Of a stretch of 64,000 nucleotides of DNA, positions 57,001 to 64,000 are shown piece by piece (position 1 is the stretch's first letter; each line of letters begins with the position of its first letter). Source of the DNA: an uncultured delta proteobacterium (GTDB lineage Bacteria; Myxococcota; Myxococcia; Myxococcales; Anaeromyxobacteraceae); NCBI GenBank assembly GCA_963766715.1, contig CAVYBH010000007.1:1-64000 (forward strand), written 5' to 3'. Position numbers and translations under genes: made by a program. The notes beneath the pieces were generated by a model, which was not told the DNA's origin, ran no database searches, and was given only the letters and a program-made list of their open reading frames with translations.

Positions 57001-57662
57001 TCCGGCGGCCGGCACGCGGGTTCACGCTCGTCGAGGTCATGATCGCCATCGGCATCACGGCGGTGATCGGGGCCATGGCGCTGGGCGCCTTCCAGCGCTC
57101 GCACGCCGCGCGGGTGACGGTCGAGGAGCAGGACGAGCGCGTGGCCGGCGCGCGCGGCGCGCTCGGCCGGATGGCCCGCGAGGTGTCGTCCGCCTTCGTG
57201 TCGGAGCACTACGATCGCCTCCGCTACCGGGATCGCCCCACGGTGTTCAAGGGGCGCGACGGCGGCGACCGCGACTCGCTGCTGTTCACGACCATGGGCC
57301 ACACGCGGGGCATCCGCGACGTCCGCGAATCCGACCAGTCGGTGATCGAGTACTACGTGGACGCGGATCCGGAGGCCCCCGGCGAGTACGCCCTCTTCCG
57401 GCGCGAGAAGGTCCGCATCGACGACGAGCCGGACCGGGGCGGGACGAAGGCGGTGCTGCTCCGGCACCTGGTCGGCTTCGACGTGACCTACTGGGACTGG
57501 CAGAAGGAGGAGTGGGCCCGCGACTGGTCGACGGCTCCCGGCGACCGCCCGCTGCTCCCCACCCGCGTCCGGATGAAGCTCACCCTGCGGATGCCGGACG
57601 GCACGAACCGCAGCTTCGAGACGCAGGCCCGGATCGCCATCGTGAGACCCCTCGACTTCTGA
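56997..57662 (+). CDS. gspJ: T2SS minor pseudopilin J
   Basis: G/FTLVEVMIA; C-terminal W..DW...LPTRVRMKL. Confidence 0.87.
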   Translation: MIRRPARGFTLVEVMIAIGITAVIGAMALGAFQRSHAARVTVEEQDERVAGARGALGRMAREVSSAFVSEHYDRLRYRDRPTVFKGRDGGDRDSLLFTTMGHTRGIRDVRESDQSVIEYYVDADPEAPGEYALFRREKVRIDDEPDRGGTKAVLLRHLVGFDVTYWDWQKEEWARDWSTAPGDRPLLPTRVRMKLTLRMPDGTNRSFETQARIAIVRPLDF

Positions 57663-58965
57663 TGACGAGCGCACCGCACACCAGGCGCCCCGAGCGCGGA
57701 GCCGCCCTCCTCCTCGTCCTCATGGTGGTGGCGATCGTGACCGTGCTGGCCACGGAGCTGGCCTACGACACGCGGGTCTCCCTGCAGATCGCGGCCAACG
57801 CCCGGGACGAGCTGCGGGCCTCGTACCAGGCGCGCGGGGCGGTGGCGCTCTCCCGGCTGGTGCTCCACTTCCAGGCGCGGCTCGACCAGGCCGGAGGCGC
57901 CGCCTCGCAGTTCATCGCCGGGGCGTCGGCCGCGGTGGGTGGGCAGGCGGCGTCGCCGGTCCCGCAGGGGTCCTTCTCCTTCCGCCTCTGGGACGCGATC
58001 CCGGTGGACTCGACGGCCATGGGGCTCCTGCTCGGCACGGGGAGCGCCGGGGGCACGGGGGCGGCAAGGGCGCGCCGCCGGGCGCGAAGGACGGACCGCC
58101 GGGCGCCGCGGCCCCGCGCGGCCCGGGCGACGAGAGCTTCCAGGCCACCATCGACGACGAGGACCGCAAGGTGAACGTCTCGCAGCTGGCCGGCCTCTCC
58201 ACCGTCTCCGGCGCGCAGCTGCAGCGGTTCCTCCTGGCCGTGCGGGATCCCCGGTACGACGTCCTCTTCGACCGGGAGGACGAGCTCGGGAACCGGCTCT
58301 CCCGGCGCGACGTGGCGGTGGCGCTGCGGGACTGGGTGGACGAGGACGCGACCACGAGCGTCATCGGCATCAAGCCGGGCGCGCCGTTCGAGAACGGCTT
58401 CGGGGACGAGAACCAGTACTACGACCGCGGCGAGGACCGGTACCGGGCGAAGAACGCCCGCTTCGACTCGCTCGACGAGCTGTACCTGGTGGCCGGGATC
58501 GGCGACGCCTTCATGGCCGCCTTCGGGGACCACCTGACCGTCTACCCCGACGTGAACGCCCCCACGAACGTCAACACCAGCGACCCGGAGCAGGTGCTCG
58601 TGAACGCGCTCCTCATGTCCGATCCCCCGGGCGTCCCCCAGCCGCCGCTGCTCGACCCCGCCTTCACGCAGAAGCTCGACCTGGCCCTCCGGCTGGCGCG
58701 ACCGCTCCCCTTCATGACCATCACGGTCCAGCAGTTCGCCACCGTGCTGCAGGCCCTGGGCATCCGGGTCCAGCCCATCTTCCTCCAGGCCCAGAACACC
58801 GACACCCGCAGCCCCTTCGGCAACACCTCGAGCACCTTCAACATCCGCGCGACCGGCCGGGCCGGCAACGTGGAGAAGACCATCGAAGCGGTCGTCACCA
58901 TGGACGCCCGCGCCGGCAAGCTGCAGGGTGACCTGGGCCGGCTTCTCCACTGGCGCGAGGACTGA
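57662..58965 (+). CDS. gspK: T2SS minor pseudopilin K (frameshift near 58070-58135)
   Basis: G/AALLLVL without E5, IDDEDRKVNV, DWVDED, FDSLDELYLVAGI, NVNT. Confidence 0.88.
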
Positions 58966-58967
58966 CC

Positions 58968-60548
58968 ATGTCCCATCCCATTCTCGGACTCGACCTCGGC
59001 TCGCGGCGCGTGAAGGCCGTCGTGCTCGAGACCACCCTTCGCGGGTTCACGGTGACCGGCGCTGCCGAGATTGCCGTCCCCGCCGCTGCGGACGGCGCTC
59101 CGTCCGCCCCGGAGCGCATCTCCGCCGCGCTGCGCGACCTGCTCGCCGAGCGGGGCTGGCCCTCGGACGCGGCCGGCGTCGCCTCCCTGCCGGGCCTGGC
59201 GGCCGCCTCCCACCTCGTCACCCTGCCCTTCTCCGACGCGCGGCGCATCGAGCAGACGGTGCAGTACGAGGTCGAGGCGGCCATTCCCTTCGACCTCGAC
59301 CAGGTGGCCTGGGACTGGCAGCCCCTCGACACCCAGCCCGGGCGTTCCGACCTCTTCATCGGCGTGGCGCGCCGCGACGAGCTGGGGGCCCTGGTCTCGG
59401 CGCTGGCGGCCGTCGGGGTGGACCCGGCGGTGGTGGTCCCGGGCGGCCCGGCGCTCGCGGCGCTCTGGGCGGCCGGCGCGGTGGCCGATCCGGCCGCGGC
59501 CGGGGACGCCGAGCTCGTGGTCGACGTCGGGTCGGAGCGAACCCACGTCTGCGTGGTCTCGGAGGGGCGCTGCCTCTTCGCGCGCACCTTCGCCTCCGGG
59601 TCGGCCACCTTGATCCGCGGCGCGGCGCGGCATGCCGGGCTCGACCCCGGCGCGCTGGAGCCCGAGGAGGGGCGCCCCGGCTGGCTCTCCGGACCGGGCG
59701 GCGACGCATCGCTGCGGGCCGGCATGGCGCCCCTGATCCGGGAGCTCCGGGCCACGGTTCGCGCCTTCGAGGCCCGCCCCTCCCGCCGGCCGGTGGTGCG
59801 GATCCGGCTCGCCGGCGGCGTGGCCGGGTGGCCCGGGCTGGCGGCGGCCGTCGGCGAGGAGCTGGCCGTCCCCTCCGAGCCCCTTCGCCTCGCCGGTCCG
59901 GCGGCGGACGTGATCGGCCCCGACGAGGCGCCGCGCTACGCGCTCGCGCTCGCGCTCGCGCTGCGCGGCTGGCTCGGCACCCGCTTCCAGCGCCTCAACC
60001 TGCGGCGGGGCGCGCTCGCGAGCACGCGCAGCACCCAGAACGTGCGGGAGCGCCTCCAGCGGATCGCGGTCTACGCCTCGCTCGTGCTGCTCCTCGCGGT
60101 GGTGTCGTCGATCGTGAAGGTGGTGGCCCTGAACCGGCAGGAGAAGCTCCTCGACCAGGCGATGTGCGACGTGACGCAGAAGGTGGTCGGGAAGTGCTTC
60201 GACGACTTCGCGATGGCCGAGTCGGTGCTGCGCGGCCGCGGGACGGCCGGGGCCTCGATCCCGCGCGTCTCGGCGGCCGGCGTGCTGGCCGAGCTGGCCG
60301 CGCGCGCGCCGGGGGTGCAGCTCCGCTTCGACCGGATCGAGATCAGCCGGGAGAAGCTGCACCTCCAGGGGACCACCGACGCTCCCGAGAACGTCGACCG
60401 GATCGTCGGCGCGCTGCGGGGATCGCGCTGCTTCCCCGACGCCCGCTCCGGCGGCGCGCGCAAGCGGGGCACCGAGCAGAAGTTCGAGTTCACGGTGGAC
60501 GCCGACATCGCCTGCGAGGGCGCGCCGGCGGCCGGAGGCAAGGGCTAG
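58968..60548 (+). CDS. gspL: T2SS protein L (PilM-like actin-fold cytoplasmic domain plus PilN-like periplasmic part)
   Basis: LGLDLGSRRVK, EVEAAIPF, VDVG, LAGG, one TM; operon position. Confidence 0.85.
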   Translation: MSHPILGLDLGSRRVKAVVLETTLRGFTVTGAAEIAVPAAADGAPSAPERISAALRDLLAERGWPSDAAGVASLPGLAAASHLVTLPFSDARRIEQTVQYEVEAAIPFDLDQVAWDWQPLDTQPGRSDLFIGVARRDELGALVSALAAVGVDPAVVVPGGPALAALWAAGAVADPAAAGDAELVVDVGSERTHVCVVSEGRCLFARTFASGSATLIRGAARHAGLDPGALEPEEGRPGWLSGPGGDASLRAGMAPLIRELRATVRAFEARPSRRPVVRIRLAGGVAGWPGLAAAVGEELAVPSEPLRLAGPAADVIGPDEAPRYALALALALRGWLGTRFQRLNLRRGALASTRSTQNVRERLQRIAVYASLVLLLAVVSSIVKVVALNRQEKLLDQAMCDVTQKVVGKCFDDFAMAESVLRGRGTAGASIPRVSAAGVLAELAARAPGVQLRFDRIEISREKLHLQGTTDAPENVDRIVGALRGSRCFPDARSGGARKRGTEQKFEFTVDADIACEGAPAAGGKG

Positions 60549-60550
60549 CC

Positions 60551-61105
60551 ATGGAGACACTGCGCAAGCTCCGCGCCTCCCTCGAGGCCTTCCTGTCCCG
60601 GCTCTCCCCGCGCGAGCGGGTCATGGTGTCGGCGGCGGCGGCGGCGGTGGCCGCCTTCTTCCTCTTCCTCGTGATCACCGGCGTGTCCCGGTCCATCGTC
60701 GCCCGCGAGCGGCGCATCGAGGCGAAGACCGAGATGCTCGCCCAGATCGGCAAGCTGACCCGCGGCTACCGGCAGGCCCAGGCCGAGCGGCAGTCGCTCG
60801 ACGCCCGCCTGAAGGGGCCCCCGGTGCAGCTCATGAGCTTCGTCTCCCAGACCGGGGCCCAGTCCGGCGTGGAGGTGAACGACCTGCGGCCCGGCACGCC
60901 CGTCGTCGCCGAGGGGCTCACCGAGGAGAGCGTCGAGGTGAACCTGGCCCGCATCGACCTGCCGAGGCTGGCCCGCCTGGTCGAGGCCCTGGAGCGAGGT
61001 CCGGGCGTCGTCAAGGTCCGCAAGATCCGGATCGCGACGCGGAACGACGATCCCAACCTCGTCGACGTCACGCTCCAGGTCTCCACCTGGCAGCAGAAGA
61101 GCTAG
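60551..61105 (+). CDS. gspM: T2SS protein M
   Basis: LSPRER before a TM, coiled coil, ferredoxin-like C-terminus. Confidence 0.85.
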   Translation: METLRKLRASLEAFLSRLSPRERVMVSAAAAAVAAFFLFLVITGVSRSIVARERRIEAKTEMLAQIGKLTRGYRQAQAERQSLDARLKGPPVQLMSFVSQTGAQSGVEVNDLRPGTPVVAEGLTEESVEVNLARIDLPRLARLVEALERGPGVVKVRKIRIATRNDDPNLVDVTLQVSTWQQKS

Positions 61106-61113
61106 GAGGCCGC

Positions 61114-62040
61114 GTGAAGATCGCCCTGCCGAACTGGAAGCTCGTGGGCTGGAGGCGGAACGCCGCCTACGCGGCCTTCTTCGTCGTGGCCTTCCTGGTG
61201 TCGCTGCGCCTCACCTTCCCCGTCGAGGCGGTGAAGGAGCGGCTCATCCTGGACGCCGCGGCCCAGGGGTACCAGGTCAAGGTGAACGACCTCTCGCCCT
61301 CCGGCCTGCTGGGCGTTCGCGCGAAGGAGATGACGATCCTCGGCTCCGACGGGACCCGCATCCCGGTCGAGGACCTCCGGGTCGGGTTGCGCCTCTGGCC
61401 GACCTTGCGCGGACACCGCGCGCTCGACTTCGACGCCCGCCTCTTCGACGGGCGGGTGACCGGGTACAGCGACCAGTCGTCGACCCTCCAGCGCTACCAG
61501 GCCCGGATCACCGGGATCGACCTGCGGCGGGCCGGTCCGCTGCGCCAGGCGACGGGGCTCGACCTCGCCGGGATCCTCACCGGCGACCTCGACGTCGCGC
61601 TCGACGTGAAGGACCCCATGAAGAGCACGGGCACGCTCGAGTTCCACGTGAAGGACGCGGCCATCCTGGGCGGCAAGCTTCCCGTGCCGGGGATGGAGGG
61701 CGGCTTCAGCGTTCCGCCGATCCGGCTCGGCGCGGTGGACGCCCGCGGAACCGTCAAGAACGGACGGGCCGACTTCGGGACGCTCGAGGCCAAGGGAGAC
61801 GACGTGCTCGTCACCGCCGACCAGGTCTTCGTGCAGCTGCAGCCCCGCCTCGACTACTCGGCCCTGAACGGCAGGGCCCGCGTCCGGCCCACCGACGCCT
61901 TCTGGAAGACCGAGAAGATGGCGCTCATCCGCCCCCTCCTCGAGCAGGGGCTGGCCTCCGCCAAGGCGCGGGACGGCGGGTACGGTTTCCAGATCTACGG
62001 GACGGTCGGGAAGCCCCAGGCCCGCCCCATGGCCTTCTGA
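61114..62040 (+). CDS. gspN: T2SS protein N
   Basis: N-terminal TM followed by TFP, beta-rich body; last gene of the gsp operon. Confidence 0.82.
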   Translation: MKIALPNWKLVGWRRNAAYAAFFVVAFLVSLRLTFPVEAVKERLILDAAAQGYQVKVNDLSPSGLLGVRAKEMTILGSDGTRIPVEDLRVGLRLWPTLRGHRALDFDARLFDGRVTGYSDQSSTLQRYQARITGIDLRRAGPLRQATGLDLAGILTGDLDVALDVKDPMKSTGTLEFHVKDAAILGGKLPVPGMEGGFSVPPIRLGAVDARGTVKNGRADFGTLEAKGDDVLVTADQVFVQLQPRLDYSALNGRARVRPTDAFWKTEKMALIRPLLEQGLASAKARDGGYGFQIYGTVGKPQARPMAF

Positions 62041-62182
62041 TCGGGGCGGTCTCCGGGCCCCCCTCTGCTGAGGGTGAATTGATCCCCGGAGTGGCCATAC
62101 ATGACGTGCCATGCAAGGTTCCGTTTTTCCTCGGAGATCCGGCGCGTCTCGGCAAATTCTCTCTAGATATCAAGGACTTGCC

Positions 62183-62211
62183 TTGAAAGACCCCCAGGGG
62201 CGTGCTATCCG
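62183..62211 (+). promoter_or_regulatory. Putative smc promoter (possibly leaderless transcript)
   Basis: TTGAAA-N17-TATCCG with an extended -10 TG, 6 nt before the ATG; no SD sequence. Confidence 0.45.
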
Positions 62212-62217
62212 ACCGGG

Positions 62218-64000
62218 ATGCGGATTCGCCGTCTGGAGATGGTGGGCTTCAAGTCCTTCATGGACCGAACGGTCGTCGTCTTCGACGAGGGCGTGACGGG
62301 CGTCGTCGGGCCGAACGGCTGCGGGAAGTCCAACGTCGCCGACGCCATCCGCTGGGTCCTCGGGGAGCAGTCCGCCCTGCGGCTCCGCGGGCGCTCGATG
62401 GAGGACGTGATCTTCAACGGGTCCGAGTCGAAGCCCCCGCAGTCGCTCGCCGAGGTGACGATCACCTTCGAGAACGACCGGCCCACCGAGCTCCCCGCCG
62501 CCTTCCAGGGCCTGGCCGAGATCACCGTCGGGCGAAGGCTCCACCGGACCGGCGAGTCGGACTACCTGGTGAACCGGGCGCCGGCGCGGCTCCTCGACGT
62601 GAACGACATCTTCTTCGGCTCCGGGGTCGGTCGCACCGCCTACTCGATCATCGAGCAGGGGCGAATCGGCCAGATCGTGTCGGCCCGGGCCGAGGACCGC
62701 CGCTCCGTGATCGAGGAGGCGGCCGGGATCACCAAGTACAAGAAGCGCCGGGAAGCCGCCGAGCGGAAGATGGAGGCCACCCGGCACAACCTCGAGCGGG
62801 TCACCGACATCGTCCTCGAGCTGGGCAAGCAGCTCGACTCGCTCAACCGCCAGGCCCGGAAGGCCGAGCGCTACCGCGCCCTGAAGGCCCAGATCCGGGA
62901 GCTGGAGCTCCACGTGGGCGCCACCCGATGGCTGGAGCTGACCGTCGGGCGCCGGGAGGCCGAGGAGCGTCACGCGGCTGGCGCGGGCCGAGGAGGCCGA
63001 GATCGCCGCGCGGCTCACCCAGATCGACGTCGCCCTCGAGGCCGACCGGGCGCTGCTCGCCGAGCGGGAGCTCTCCCTGCAGCAGCTCACCGACCGGGAG
63101 CACGAGCTGGAGAGCCAGGGGCGCGTGTCGGCGGTCTCCACCGAGGCCGCCGAGCGGGAGCTCGACCAGATCGCCGAGCGCTCGCGCGGCCAGGCCTCCG
63201 AGGTCGAGATCCTGAAGGTCCAGGCCGACGCGCTCACCGCCGAGCGGGATGCCCTGCTGCGGCAGCGCGAGGAGCTCGCCAGCCTGTCCGGCACCGACGA
63301 GGCCCGGCTGGCGGATCTCGAGAACGCGCTCCGCGCGGCTGCGTCCGAGGAGGCCGCTGCTCGCCACCGAGACCGAGTCCGCCCGCGCCGACGGCGCCGA
63401 CGCCCACGGCCGCGCCGCGGCGCGCCGCAGCGCGCTCGCGCAGGTCGAGCGGCAGCGGGCCGACCTCCAGTCGCGCCTGGCGCGCGTTCGCGCCGAGATC
63501 GACGAGCTGGCCTCCCGGGCGACCTCGCTCGACGGCTCCCGCTCGGCCCACGTCGAGAAGCTGGGGAAGACCCGCCAGCTCAAGCTCCACCTCGAGGAGC
63601 AGCGCGGCGCCCAGGAGGGGTTGCTCGACCGCACCCGCTCCGAGTTCATCCAGAACGAGGCCCGGCTCATCACGCTCCGCGAGGAGCTCTCCGACCGGCG
63701 CGCCCGCCTCCAGTCGCTGCAGGAGGTCCTGCGGAACTACGAGGGCTACGGCCGCGGCGTGCGCAGCCTGATGACGCGTGCGCGCTCCGCCGACGGGACC
63801 GAGGGCGGCGTGATGGGGCTCGTCGCCGACGTCATGACGGTGCCGGCCGAGTACGAGAACGCCGTGGAGGCGGTGCTCGGCGAGCGGCTCCAGTACGTCA
63901 TCGTCGAGAGCCACAGCCAGGGCGTCGAGGCCATCGACTTCCTCAAGTCGGCCGCCGAGGGGCGCGCCTCGCTCATTCCCCTGCTCCGCCTGCGCGACGG
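62218..64000 (+). CDS. smc: Chromosome segregation protein SMC, 5' part (frameshifts near 62970 and 63350)
   Basis: GFKSF, VVGPNGCGKSN, WVLGEQS..LRG..MEDVIFNG, YSIIEQG, EEAAGITKY; coiled coil and start of the hinge (YEGYGRGVR, AVEAVLGERLQ). Confidence 0.96.

Overview
High-GC bacterial chromosome segment. Gene content and synteny (rpsU-yqeY-dnaG-rpoD-tRNA, Myxococcota-style T2SS gspC-N, a reduced T3SS-like cluster) suggest Myxococcota, probably Anaeromyxobacter-like; this is inferred, not searched. Many single-base frameshifts, including in rpoD, rne/rng, rpmE and smc, point to an unpolished long-read assembly rather than real pseudogenes. From left to right: (1) an accessory block at 1-8780 with a molybdopterin oxidoreductase, a 4Fe-4S subunit, a degenerate-NuoF/GltD fusion, a GH13 amylase, a Na+/H+ antiporter and two exported unknowns, ending in a tyrosine-integrase relic next to the 3' end of RNase P RNA; (2) a VapBC/FitAB toxin-antitoxin pair; (3) core genes rnhA, a Zn-ribbon protein, tRNA(CAT), rpoD, dnaG, yqeY, rpsU and hisDBHAFIE; (4) a VIT1 transporter and a DUF1704 peptidase; (5) a minimal type III secretion-like operon behind a sigma-54-type promoter, with a candidate needle/filament subunit, SctI, SctJ, SctQ, a FliO-like gene and SctRSTUV, but no ATPase or secretin; (6) IHF/HU, YihY, RNase E/G, a radical SAM protein, acylphosphatase, ligA, a pilin, rho and L31; (7) an NtrC-type regulator, a sigma-54 promoter and a complete T2SS operon; (8) the 5' part of smc. 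No CRISPR array or rRNA was seen.
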